Assembly (NCBI RefSeq): GCF_004010195.1
Contig: NC_057753.1
Location: 5,609,282 to 5,634,044, forward strand
Length of the DNA stretch: 24,763 nt
Reading direction: 5' to 3'
Source of the DNA: Chiloscyllium plagiosum
Lineage: Eukaryota
Shown here: piece by piece, positions 1 through 10,260 of the stretch
Layout of the letters: each line of letters opens with the position of its first letter
Position numbering within the stretch: position 1 is the stretch's first letter
Translations under genes and position numbers: made by a program
Notes under the pieces: generated by a model
The model's input: only the letters and a program-made list of their open reading frames with translations
Told to the model about the DNA's origin: nothing
The model's database searches: none

Positions 1-29
1 AGGGCGTGCGCTTGGCAAGATCAATGCAA

Positions 30-146
30 GGAGAAAGTGAGGACTGCATATGCTGGAGATCAGAGACGAGAGTGTGGTGCTGGAAAAGCACAACATCCGA
101 GGAGCAGGAGAATCGACGGTTCGGGCATCACCCCTTCATCAGGAAT
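30..146 (-). mobile_element. Penelope-like element (family A) terminal repeat with degenerate hammerhead
   Basis: ggagaaagtgaggactgc...tgctggaaaagc...cccttcatcaggaat matches the other copies (594-828, 1786-1913, 6750-6874, 14785-14870, 20746-20927). The minus strand reads CTGATGA-A-GGGGTGATGCCC-GAACCGTC, with GAAA mutated to GAAC. Confidence 0.8.
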
Positions 147-397
147 CTAGACAGTCCATTCCGCAGTCTGCCAGGAGAAAGCTGTTTCTGAAACTGCTGT
201 TCAAGTTTCTGTATCTTCTGCAAAGCAGTCACCAAGTTCACACTTTATTTCCCCAATGTATTGGACATAAGTTTTAGATTTGTTTTTTGTTATTGTTGAA
301 CTGGATGACATCCACTATTGTCTCGTCCTTTAACAGCTCGATTTGATCCTTATCTGTTTACCTCATATTAAGTCTAAGCGTACCAATCCACAAGGAG

Positions 398-510
398 CCA
401 AAAACAAAAGTCTACAAATGCTGGAAATCTGGTCTCGAAACAGGAAGTGTTGGAAATGCTCTCAGGTCAGAACACTTTCTCGAGAGAGTGAAAAGGTGTG
501 GTTGATAACC
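398..510 (-). mobile_element. Old, degenerate Penelope-type terminal repeat
   Basis: aaatgctggaaatctg...gtgttggaaatgctctcaggtcag resembles the gctgga...caggtcaggcagcatc pattern of family A. Boundaries are approximate. Confidence 0.4.
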
Positions 511-649
511 ATATATCAGAGCCGGAATAACGCCTGCGGAGTTAATAGTTATGGAAAATAAGGAGTAGAGAAGCAGGTTTGATGGGAGAATTGAAAATGT
601 GTTGCTGGAAAAGCGCAGCAGGTCAGGCAGCATCCAAGGAGCAGGAAAA

Positions 650-681
650 TCGACGTTTCGGGCATGAGCCTTTCTTCAGGA
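650..681 (-). ncRNA. Minimal hammerhead ribozyme motif with weakened stem II
   Basis: The minus strand reads tc-CTGAAGA-A-AGGC-tcat-GCCC-GAAACGTC-ga. The first stem II pair is an A/C mismatch. Confidence 0.55.
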
Positions 682-701
682 ATGAGCCCTTCTAGAGGAA
701 T

Positions 702-733
702 TCCTGAAGAAGGGCTCATGCCCGAAACGTCGA
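702..733 (+). ncRNA. Minimal type I hammerhead ribozyme (intact core)
   Basis: tc-CTGAAGA-A-GGGC-tcat-GCCC-GAAACGTC-ga: conserved core, 4-bp stem II, palindromic ACGT stem III, GUC cleavage triplet (cut after 731) and a 2-bp stem I. Confidence 0.75.
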
Positions 734-924
734 TTCTCCTTCTCCTTTGATGCTGCCTGACCCGCTGCGCTTTTCCAGCAACACATTTTCAGCTCTGATC
801 TCCAGCATCTGCAGTCCTCACTTTCTCCTTGATGGGAGAATTGCCTATTCGTGTTCCTAATTAAGATGGGTGTACGAAGAATTAATGGTTTTGTGATAGT
901 CTGGGAGGTTGGAGTGACTAAGTT

Positions 925-1002
925 GGGCGGCACGGTGGCTCAGTGGTTAACAGTGCTACCTCACAGCACCAGGATCCTGGATTCGATCCCACCCTTGAGT
1001 GA
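925..1002 (+). mobile_element. HE1-type SINE, 5' tRNA-derived head only
   Basis: gggcggcacggtggctcagtggtt (A box)...gattcgatccc (B box). Confidence 0.85.
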
Positions 1003-1021
1003 GCTGACGTGTGAACTTCAT

Positions 1022-1120
1022 GTTAGTATTTAGTGTGGAGAAGGATATAAAAGTTGGGGAAATAAATAGTGACGTCTTGAAAGGTGTCCATAATACAGAA
1101 GAAGAGGTGCTGGACGCATT
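1022..1120 (+). mobile_element. CR1-type LINE ORF2 fragment, degenerate
   Basis: gtatttagtgtggagaagga...acagaagaagaggtgctgga corresponds to the SVFT.E...ITEEEVL region preceding RT. Confidence 0.5.
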
Positions 1121-1169
1121 GTGACCTTATTTCAATCCTGTACATGGCTCGGCTGACTCCAGGTCATGC

Positions 1170-1280
1170 CAGACTCAAGGTGTGGAGTTGGAAAGTGGGG
1201 AGCTGGAAAATCACCAATGGTCAGGCAGTGTCTGAGAGACAGGAGAGTCGGATTTTCGAGCATAAGCCCCTAATCAGGAA
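1170..1280 (-). mobile_element. Degenerate Penelope family A terminal repeat
   Basis: gctggaaaa...ggtcaggcag...caggagagtcg...gcataagcccctaatcaggaa. The hammerhead core is eroded. Confidence 0.65.
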
Positions 1281-1785
1281 AGAGGGTAGTCGATGTTGTT
1301 GCTAATAGCTTTAGCAAGGTTTTTGACAAGGTCAAAAGGCGAAGTTACATGGGATCTGCGGTGAGCTGTTAAGATAGCCATCGCAGACAGAGAGAAGCAG
1401 GGAAAGGAGATCTATGAGCAGTGGTCTTTCATGGGGATCAGTGCTGAGATTCCTGCTATTTGTAATATGTTAACATAGTGTGCAGGAGCATGTAGATGGC
1501 CTGCATCGTAAGTTCATGGGCAACACAAAGACTAGGGGAGCTGTGGACAGTCAGGGACATTGCCCGATGAAACAGCAGGCAGGAGGTAAGTTGGAGACAC
1601 AGGCGAAAAATACAAAATGGATTTTAACCCGCACAAATGCAGGGAGATACGTCTGGAATGTCTAATGCAGGATGGAAACATAAAGTTAATGGCAGAACGC
1701 TTAGAAACGGAGTGATCTAGATGCAAAGATCGGAAGTTCCTTGAAAGTAGCAACGCCAGTAGATAAGGTGGACAAGAAGGCGTGG

Positions 1786-1913
1786 TTCCTGAAGAAGGGT
1801 TTATGCCAGAAACGTCGACTCTCCTGCTCCTCGGATGTTACCTGACCTGCTGTGCTTTTCCAGCGTCACGGTCTCGACTCTGATCTCCAGCATCGGCAGT
1901 TCCCAGTTTCTCC
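1786..1913 (+). mobile_element. Penelope family A terminal repeat inserted into a CR1, 12-bp TSD
   Basis: TSD aagaaggc(g/a)tgg at 1774-1785 and 1914-1925. The hammerhead motif CTGAAGA-A-GGGTttatGCCA-GAAACGTC at 1789-1816 has a stem II mismatch. Confidence 0.85.
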
Positions 1914-2218
1914 AAGAAGGCATGGTTTCCTCCACCGGTTAAGGCATACAATGTAAACATTGGCAAGTCAATGTTGCAGCTCTGCCCAGCAGCAGCTGTT
2001 CAACATTTGGAACATTGTGTCCCTTTCTGGTCTCAACACTGCAAGGAGGATTGAAAGGCTTTGGCACTGAAATTGTTTACCAGGACATTGGCAGGTGTGG
2101 AAGGTATCAGCCAGGAGGAGAGATTGGAACACCTTGGTTTGTTTTCACTTCAACACTCGGAGTCTGCGGGGTGACCTGATAGATGATTACAAAATGGAGA
2201 GGCAAGATAGGATGGATT

Positions 2219-2667
2219 CTCTCAAGGTAAACATGCAGGTTGAGTCCGTGATTAGGAAATGCAATGTTGTCATTTATCTCAAGAGGGTTGGAATATAAAA
2301 GCACCATTGTGCTACTGAGACTTTATAAAGCTCTGGTGAGGCCCCATTTGGAGTACTGTGTCCAGTTTTGGTCCCCACACCTCAGGAAGGACATACTGGC
2401 ACTGTAGCATGGCCAGCAGCGATTCACACGGATGATCCCTGGAATGGTAGGTCTAACATACGAGGAACGGCTGAGGATCCTGGGATTGTATTCATTGGAG
2501 TTTAGAAGATTAAGGGGAGATCTAATAGAAACTGTCACAAGGAATTAAGGGCTACGGGGAGAATGCGGGTAAGTGGAGTTGAAATGCCCATCAGCCATGA
2601 TTGATTGGCGGAGTGGACTCGAAGGGCCGAATGGCCTTACTTCCACTCCTATGTCTTATGGTCTTAT
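2219..2667 (+). mobile_element. Younger CR1-type LINE 3' fragment with internal deletion
   Basis: Encodes [27 protein letters not shown]. The 3' UTR ggactcgaagggccgaatggcc ends in a (tatgtct/tatggtct) tail. Confidence 0.85.
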
Positions 2668-3076
2668 AGGTTTTTCCCAAGGTAGAAGCTTCAAGTAATC
2701 GGGGACACAGGTTTAAGGCAAAAAGGGGGCAAGTTTAAAGAAGATGTGAGAGGCATTTCTTTTTACATTGAGTGTCTGGAATGCACTACCAGAATACTGT
2801 AGGTGGTGAATGTGGATACAACAGCAGTGTTTAAGAGACAAGTTAACAAGCAGGGAACAGAAGGAGACCATGTCGAGGCAAAAGGTTTTCAGTTTTAAAA
2901 AGGCATCACGTGTCAGCACAGTCTCGGTAGAAGGAAGCGCCTGTTCTTTGATGGACTGGCAATAATTTGTTCCAAACTAGAATACGGATTTGATTTGTCA
3001 CACAGCATTCCTTATACATACTTTGTTCATGCAGTGTTCGGCCCTCAAAGTAAATTAAGCTTTGAAATCTGCCTGT

Positions 3077-3128
3077 TTTATTTTATTGCCAATAATTCAG
3101 GAAGACCATGTCGATCTGCAGTTTTATT
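3077..3128 (-). promoter_or_regulatory. Candidate polyadenylation signals of the GPCR
   Basis: Minus-strand AATAAA at 3128-3123, 3087-3082 and 3082-3077, just downstream of the stop codon. Confidence 0.4.
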
Positions 3129-3135
3129 CTTCACT

Positions 3136-4046
3136 TCAAAACTTAAATAATTTAACAAATCGACTCAGTTGATAAGTGACCTCACTTTTTAACTCAGCTC
3201 TGAATTTACTCTGGGTTCCTGCATAAATGAAAGGATTGGTGCAGGAACTGAGAAACTGAAGCATATACCCGGTTTCCTCAATGTTAAAAGCTGTTTGACT
3301 GAAAACAGAATCTGAGAAGTATAAGACATCAGCAATGCGTACGTAGAGGATCGTTACAAAGTATAGCATATTTAGCAGAATGAAACTACCAGAGATGGCG
3401 AATAGTAAAATAATGGACTTCCGACGCTTCTCCACCTCCGGGTCACTTTGAGTTTCAACATTGCTCTGGGCGCGGAGTCTCCTGCGGGTTGTAGTTGAGG
3501 CTAGGATGTACCTTACAGTAAGAGCATTGAACAATGACATCAGAATGAATGGCAGAAAAGGGGTTAATATGGAACGAATCCAATCATATGCAGTCCATGC
3601 GGGTGACGTATAGAAAACTGGTTTAGTTCTGCAAAACCAGGGTACATTTTCAATGATGTACACGGGTTCACATATAAAATACATGAAGATGTTTTTCACG
3701 CAGGTCAGTGGAGGCACTATTCCTATAACCCACACTGCAGTCTTCTTGGTGCAATATTTTATTTTCAGCTTCCGGCAACAAATGGCAATAAATCGATCAA
3801 AGGTGAACGCAACTGTCAACCAAACAGAGCTATCTAGTGCTACATAAATTATGGCAACAAGTAGACTGCACACGGGTGTTATGGACAAGAAACTAAATGG
3901 GAAATAGATACCAAAAGTCCGGTGTAGAATCACTGCAGTGACAATGACCAGGAGATCCGTCACTGCCATGGATATCACATAGGAAATAATACATTCAGAG
4001 AGGCCACAACGTCTTCGGGACAGAATCACAATGACCACTAAGTTAG
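3136..4046 (-). CDS. Class A GPCR, GPR139/GPR142-like (elasmobranch-expanded type), coding exon 2
   Basis: Strong acceptor tccctcattttctctttcttttgcAG (AG at 4048-4047), phase 1. Encodes TM1 end through TM7: ANL, MAVTDLL, SVWLTVAFTFDRFIAIC, ECL2 Cys (WFC), TPFLPF and SSCTNPFIY. No stops. Confidence 0.93.
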
Positions 4047-4184
4047 CTGCAAAAGAAAGAGAAAATGAGGGACAGATATGATTAATGTGATTGTGACACA
4101 ACACCTGAGCAGAGACTCTACTTGTCCAACTTCTATTGCAATAAATCATTTATCAACAATCCTAGTTAGAATATATATCCAACC

Positions 4185-4492
4185 AGAATCTAGACTCTCT
4201 AAAGTGTGAAAACAGACCTTTGAGCCCTAGAAGTTCACACTGACCCTCCGAAGAGTATTCCACCCACAACTATTACTCTACATTTACCGGTATAATGCAC
4301 GTCCCTGAGCACTGTGGGCAATTTAAGCATGGACAATTCACCGTAACCTGCACATCTTTGGATTGCAGGAAAAAAAACCACGCAGACACAGGGAAAACGT
4401 GCAAACTCCATACAGACATATGCCCGAGGCTGGAAACAAACCCAGGTCACAGGCACTGTGAGGCTGCTGTGCTAACCACGGAGCCACCATGT
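4185..4492 (-). mobile_element. HE1-type SINE, near full length
   Basis: Reverse complement of tggtggctccgtggttagcac...gtatggagtttgcacgttttccc...ggagggtcagtgtgaac with a LINE-like tail. Confidence 0.85.
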
Positions 4493-5211
4493 CACTTGTT
4501 TAACGACTGAAAACTATCCCTTATGGAATGGTAGAAAAAGTTCTTTAATCGTACAAATATTGGTGAAACGCAAATGACTGTTTATCAAAATAACTGAAAT
4601 TGACGAATTGAATTATGAAAAAAGATCCTGTTCAACAAATTTCTAGAAAAATGGAAGAAAAGCAAAATGCAATTAACAAAAAATGCATGTACCATTGATG
4701 AACATATTTTTAAAAAGTGAAACAAAGTGTTGGAGTGACAAGGTCACAGCTAACTTGACAATGACGGTCAGAAGTCAATCAAGTGTATCTGAAAGTTTGA
4801 TCCGTCAACATGCATCAAAATCAAATCACACAAAGAAGCCATTCTGTGCAACATGATTTTTGTATCTTAGGACAGAAAGGGTTGTGTCAGACGCACTGCT
4901 TAACTACCTGATAGTCACTTGGATTCTCTGCATCGATTTGGAAAAAAAAATGGTGCTGACAAATGATGAGAATGATTTGTAGAAAACACTCCCACCACTC
5001 AGCACACTTACTGTGCTACTGTGCACACTCTTGGTCAGTGCTCGATTTGGCCCTGTGCTGGCTACAACTATTGTATTTCTGGTGAATGTGCATCCCTGAG
5101 CGATGCAAACTGAGAGTTTGAACACTGAGAGTTAAGAGGTGAATATCAGTTGTAGATTGGTGGTTTCTTGATCTGTAGGGAAATCAACCATTACAAGGAA
5201 AACATGGAAAA

Positions 5212-5290
5212 ATGGGCATGAGAAATGTCGAATCAGCCATGATCCCATTGAACAGTGGAGTAGGCTCAAGGGGCAGGTCGGCCTCCTCCG
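5212..5290 (-). mobile_element. CR1 3' UTR fragment (orientation uncertain)
   Basis: aatcagccatgatcccattgaacagtggagtaggctcaaggggcagg resembles the 3' UTR at 2590-2640 as read on the plus strand, so plus orientation is equally possible. Confidence 0.35.
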
Positions 5291-5410
5291 GATCGTATTT
5301 CCAAAAGAGCAAATCATTACTGTTAGAATACTTAACGCCTGTTGCAATCTCAGTGTTAATGATTCCATTCACAATAAATTCACTCTCAAGTCAATTAGGA
5401 ATACATCAGA

Positions 5411-5908
5411 CAAGGAACAAAGAATATTACAGCACAGGAACAGGCCCTTCGGCCCTCCAAGCCTGCGCCAATCCAGATCCTCTATCTAAACCTATTGTCT
5501 ACTTTCTAAGGATCTATATCCCTCTGCTACCTGCCCATTCGTGTATCTGTCTCTATATATCCTAAATGACGCTGTCATGCCTGCTGCTACCACCTCCACC
5601 GGCAACACATTCCGGGCACCCAACACCCTCTGCATAAAGAACTTTCCAAACATTTCTCACTTAAACCTGTCCCCTCTCACCTTGAACTCGGGATGCCTAG
5701 TAATTGAGTCGCCTACTCTGGGGAAAAAAAAAGCATCTTGCTATCCACCCTGTCATGATTTTGTAGACCTAAATCAGGTGTCCCCGTCAGCCTCCTTCTT
5801 TCTAATGAAAATATCCCAAAACCGACTCAACCTCTCCTCATAGCTAGTGCTGTCCATACCAGGCAACATCCTGCTGAACCTCCTCTGCACCCTCGCCGAA
5901 GCATCTCC
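5411..5908 (-). mobile_element. CR1-type LINE 3' end
   Basis: Tail gaacaaagaa, then tacagcacaggaacaggcccttcggccc...accaggcaacatcctgctgaacctcctctgcaccctc (reverse of ERVQRRF.RMLPG). Same subfamily as 16520-17245. Confidence 0.88.
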
Positions 5909-6006
5909 AATCAATCATGTGTTCCCAGAATAAATTATTTATGGGAATCGATCAGGCATTATCCATGTCAAGGGCACAACATGACAACTGTTACCCAGTG
6001 TCAAAA

Positions 6007-6315
6007 ATTAGATTAGATTACAGTGTGGAAACAGGCCCTTCGGCCCAACAAGTCCACACCGACCCGCCGAAGCGAAACCCACCCATACCCCTACATTTAC
6101 CCCTTACCTAACACTACGGGCAATTTAGTATGGCCAATTCACCTAACCTGCACATCTTTGGACTGTGGGAGGAAACCGGAGCACCCGGAGGAAACCCACG
6201 CAGACACGGGGAGAACGTGCAAACTCCACACTGTCAGTCGCCTGAGTCGGGAATTGAACCCGGGTCTCTGGCGCTGCGAGGCAGCAGTGCTAACCACTGT
6301 GCCACCATGCCGCCC
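6007..6315 (-). mobile_element. HE1-type SINE, full length and young
   Basis: Reverse complement starts gggcggcatggtggcacagtggttagcactgctgcctc with B box gggttcaattcc and ends in an (aatct)n tail. Confidence 0.92.
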
Positions 6316-6749
6316 ACATGTGACCATTGACTATTAACAGTAACATTGACGAAATAGTTCTCCCTTTACACAATGATAGCAACATAATAATTCACTTGAA
6401 AGATCAGTGCCAACCGTAAAACAACATTTCAGTAATGCTCTGATGACCGAATCAGAGTGCACTAAAAATAACCTTGTCAGTACCTCAATGATCTCCATTA
6501 ACGCGATTGTAAGCATGCAGTTTATCACATATAACAGCATTCGCGACAATGCAATAGCTTGACCTTAACATTGCTCTAATCGAAAGACAGTACTTTTCAA
6601 ACTAACAGAGCAAAGAAAGTAGATGAATGAAATTGCATCATCAGATTGGGCACTTTGGGTGGCACAGTGGCTCAGTGCTTACCATTGGCTGACTTCTGTG
6701 TGGGGTCAGGGAATTATACAGCGTGAAAACAGAGACTTCAGTGCAACTT

Positions 6750-6893
6750 GGAGAAGGTGAGAACTGCAGATGCTGGAGATCAGAGTTGAGAGTGCGGTAC
6801 TGGAAAAACACAGCAGGTCAGGCAGCATCTGAGGAGCAGGAGAATCCACGTTTCGGACATAAGACCTTCATTAGCAAGGACCTATGACCATAC
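6750..6893 (-). mobile_element. Penelope family A terminal repeat in the LINE 3' UTR, 14-bp TSD
   Basis: TSD cttcagtgcaactt at 6736-6749 and 6894-6907. The hammerhead is degenerate, and about 19 bp of filler lies at 6875-6893. Confidence 0.85.
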
Positions 6894-7380
6894 CTTCAGT
6901 GCAACTTGTCCATGGTGACCAGATACACAAAATAAATTTAGTTCCAGCCTTTGGCACATATCCCTCTAAACCCTTCCTATTCATACACCCATCCAGATTC
7001 CTTTTAAATATTGTAATTGTACCAACCTCCACCACTTCCTCTGGCAGCTCATTCCATACATGCACCACCCTCTGCGTGAAAAGGTTGCCGCTTAGGTCCC
7101 TTTTAAATCTTTCCCCTCTCAAATTAAACCCATGACCTCTAGTTCTGGACTCGCCCACCTTGGAGAAAATACACTATCCATGTGCCTCATGATTTTATAA
7201 ACCTCTATGAGGTCACCCTTCAGCCTCTGACGCTCCAGGGAAAACTGCCACAGCCTATTCAACCTTTCCCTGTAGCTCCAACCCTGGCAACATTCTTGTA
7301 AATCTTTTCTGAACCCTTGCAAATTTCACGACATCCTTTCTATCTTAGGGAGACCAGAATTGCATGCAGTATTCCAAAAA

Positions 7381-7687
7381 TGGCATGGAGGCTGAGTGGT
7401 TAGCACTACCGCCTTGTCGCATCAGGGACTCAGTTTTGATTCCAGCCTCAGGCGATTGTCTGCGTGGAGTTTGCACACTCCTCCATGTCTGTGTCGGTTT
7501 CCTTCCACAGGTCTGATGGATTTGCCATACTAAATTGCACGTAGTTTCCAGGAGTGTGTCAGTAGGGTGGATTGGCCATGGGAATTGCAGGGTTACAGGA
7601 ACAACGTTGGGGTGGGATGCTGTCCATAGCATTGGTGTGGATTTGGTGGGCTGAATAGCCTGTTTCCATGGTGTAGGGATTCTATGA
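7381..7687 (+). mobile_element. HE1-type SINE inserted in the LINE
   Basis: ggctgagtggttagcact...gtggagtttgcacact...gtagggattctatga. It splits the LINE sequence cagtattccaaaa|gtggc. Confidence 0.85.
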
Positions 7688-8640
7688 GTGGCTCAATCAA
7701 TGTCCTTTACAGCTGCAACATGACCCCTCAACTCCTGTACTCAATCGTCTGACCAATAAAGTAAAGCATACCAAACACCTTCTTCACTATCCTATCTACC
7801 TGCACCTCCACGTTCATGGAGCTAAACACCTGCATTCCAAGGTCTCTTTGTTGAGCCACATGCCCCAGGACGTTACCATTAAGTATATAAGTCCTGTCCT
7901 GATTTGCCTTTCCAAAATGCAGCACCTCCCATTTATCTAAATTAAACTCCATCTGCCACTCCTCAGCCCATTGGCCCATTTGGTCACGATCCCATTGTAT
8001 TCTGAGGTAACCTTCTTCGCTGTCCACCACACTTCCAATGTTGGTGTCATCTGCAAACTTATTGACTATCCCCCCTGTGTTCACATCCAAATCATTTAAA
8101 TAAAGATTGAAAAGTAGTGGACCCAGCACCGATCCTTATGGTACACAGGCCTCCAGTCTGAAAGGCAGCCCTCCACCACCGCCCTCTGCCTTCACCCTGT
8201 GAGCCAGTTCTGTATCCAAATGGTTAGTTCTCCCTGTATTCGATGTGATCTAACCTTACTAACCAGTCTCCCATGGGAAACCTTGTTTAACTCCTTACTA
8301 AAGTCCATCTGCACTGCCCTCACCAATCCTCTTTGTTACGTCTTCAAAAAACTCAATCAAGTTTGTGAGACATAATGTCCCATGTACAAAGCCATGATGA
8401 CTATCCGTAATCAGTCCTTGCCTTTCCAAATACATGTACATCCGGTCCCTCAATATTGCCCACCACCGAGGTCAGGCTCACAGTCTATAGTTCCCTGCCT
8501 TGTCCGAACCACCTTTCTTAATTAGTGGCACCATGTTAGCCGACCTCCAGTCTTGCAGAACCTCTCCTGTGACTATCAATGATACAAATATCTCAGCAAG
8601 GGGCCCAGCAATGACTTCCTTAGTTTCCCACAGAGTTTTA

Positions 8641-8917
8641 GTGGCGTTTGCACATTCCCCCTGTGTCTGTGTGAGTTCCGTTCAGGTGCTCCGGTTTCCT
8701 CCCACAGTCCAAAGATGTGCTGATTGTGTGGACTGACCATGCTCAATTGTCCAGAGTGTCCAGGGATGTGCAGGCTGGGCGGATTAGCCATGGAAAATGC
8801 GGGGTTACAGGGATAGGGTAGGGGGCTGGCTCTAGCTGGGACGCTGTTCGGAGGGGCAGTGTGAACCTGATGAGCCGAATGGCCTACTATTATACTGTCG
8901 GGCTTCCATGATTCTAT
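8641..8917 (+). mobile_element. HE1-type SINE, 5'-truncated
   Basis: gtttgcacattcccc...ccggtttcctcccacagtccaaagatgtgc...gccgaatggcct...atgattctatg. Confidence 0.85.
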
Positions 8918-9314
8918 GTCAACCATAAATAGGAAGAAATATATAATTTAACTGATGACGCAGTGTCATTGGTAAGACGATTGAAAAAGAGTACCAGGAA
9001 GAAGTTGCAATGTGAGGAAACAATGCGGGAACAGGACAGAATTAGCATGGTTAATTGGACCAATTAATATGATGAATATTGACTCACTCTACCAACAGCT
9101 GGATCGTTAAAGTGAAGAGTTAATTCAGTTGAACGGCAAGAAATATTGACAATAAAAGGTGAACAATTGTACAGTTAAAGTGTCCCATGAAATTAATGTA
9201 AAACGTTACATTTGAGAAAAGACATTGCGAAGATAAACACATGGTAAAGTGACAAATCTAACACCACCAATGTGGCTAAATTCAGACAGCTACTCGCTAG
9301 GTGCATTACTTTAC

Positions 9315-9384
9315 CTGGAACACCAATAGCTGCAAGGATAGGATAATAAATGGCAAAAGCCAAACCTTTTGGCGATGCATGCAT
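9315..9384 (-). CDS. GPCR coding exon 1 (MHASPKGLAFAIYYPILAAIGVP)
   Basis: acaATG at 9384 and donor CAG|GTAAAG (GT at 9314-9313), phase 1. Joins exon 2 to rebuild TM1 YYPILAAIGVPANLVVIVIL. 70+911 = 981 nt = 326 aa + stop, with a 5268-bp intron. Confidence 0.9.
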
Positions 9385-9431
9385 TGTTTTGAGAAGCACT
9401 CCGCATATTTAACGTAACCTGACAAATGTCA

Positions 9432-9440
9432 CATTTATAC
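9432..9440 (-). promoter_or_regulatory. Candidate TATA box of the GPCR
   Basis: Minus-strand GTATAAATG, 50-55 nt upstream of the ATG. Confidence 0.4.
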
Positions 9441-10260
9441 GTTGTGTCAGGCTCTGAGGAATTCATTACACGATTCGGGTATTTAACATTAATCATGTTT
9501 ATTGTTACAAGAACGGGAAAGTGCAGCTGCTGCCTGACTGGTGTTTACATTTTCACCGAATTCAATTTTTCCCTCGCTATTTCACACGGTTCTGAATTGA
9601 AATGTAACAGAATTATCAGAATTACAATCCTTCATTTAAAGAAAATAATGGTATACATATCCCTGTCCGTGTCAGACATAAAAAATATTTCCTACAGGTC
9701 ACATTGATAATTGTCAGTTTGTTGGCTGGAATGACTAGGTCGATCTCAGGGTTTTGTAGAAGACATCTCTGTACGTCAATAAACAGACAAGTTCTTAATA
9801 AACACACGTGCAGAACAGCCGGAGACACGCATCTTGAATTATTAAAGGCATGAGTTATGATTACTTCAAATGTATTTATATTGTTATGCATGGGGTAAAC
9901 TCTCCTGCTTAAATTAAAACTAGCAACACAGAAAAGATTTATCCCATGCAGCAATCTGTGAACATTCAAGGGGCCAAAAACTAGTTAAAGTAAAATTTAA
10001 CAAATTAATTTCTTAAAGTTTAACAACGAATCATTAACTAACAACTATTTACAATTCCTCCCTCCAGCCTACCTTTTAACTTCCCTTTTCTAATAAAGCC
10101 CCCAATTAAGATTTACAAAACAACACTTCTTATCTCAAACCCAGGCAGCTTTCAGGTTTCTCTGAATTCCTGTCTTATTTTCTTCTTGGGGATTCTGCTC
10201 ACAGGTTACTGATCAATAAATGTACCTTATAAGAGAGCTATTTTTCAGGCAGTCTTTTTT

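Larger units (their letters stand above)
594..828. mobile_element. Penelope family A insertion made of two inverted terminal repeats, flanked by a 15-bp TSD
   Basis: Arm 594-683 is the reverse complement of about 700-790. The direct repeat ttgatgggagaattg lies at 579-593 and 829-843. Confidence 0.9.
1282..2965 (+). mobile_element. Old CR1-type LINE (RT to 3' UTR), interrupted by younger insertions at 1786-1913 and 2219-2667
   Basis: Decayed RT motifs: ctttagcaaggtttttgacaaggt (FSKAFDKV), ggggatcagtgctg (QGSVLG), gtagataaggtggacaagaaggc (VDKVVKKA) and gggtgacctgataga (GDLIE). It resumes at 2668 (tttttcccaaggtagaa). Confidence 0.75.
6714..8637 (-). mobile_element. CR1/HER1-type LINE, 5'-truncated RT plus 3' UTR, interrupted by a Penelope repeat and a SINE
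   Basis: ORF fragments LGPLLFNLYLNDLD...NKFADDT (7728-8129), GDLIEVYKIM and FTQRVVHVWNELPEEVV, with frameshifts and stops. Confidence 0.92.

Noticed and set aside
4047..4149. N-terminal 34 aa of the 337-aa ORF as the GPCR start
   Set aside because: This is intron read-through across the polypyrimidine tract. The exon at 9384-9315 supplies a proper TM1 in the correct phase.
4500..5200. A-rich intronic stretch as a decayed gene
   Set aside because: Frequent stops in all frames examined and no recognisable motif.
6023..6337. Recurrent ORFs such as GLWEETGAP and HGGTVVSTAASQ, and tRNA-like A/B boxes
   Set aside because: All derive from SINE copies. The tRNA-like heads are SINE promoters, not tRNA genes.
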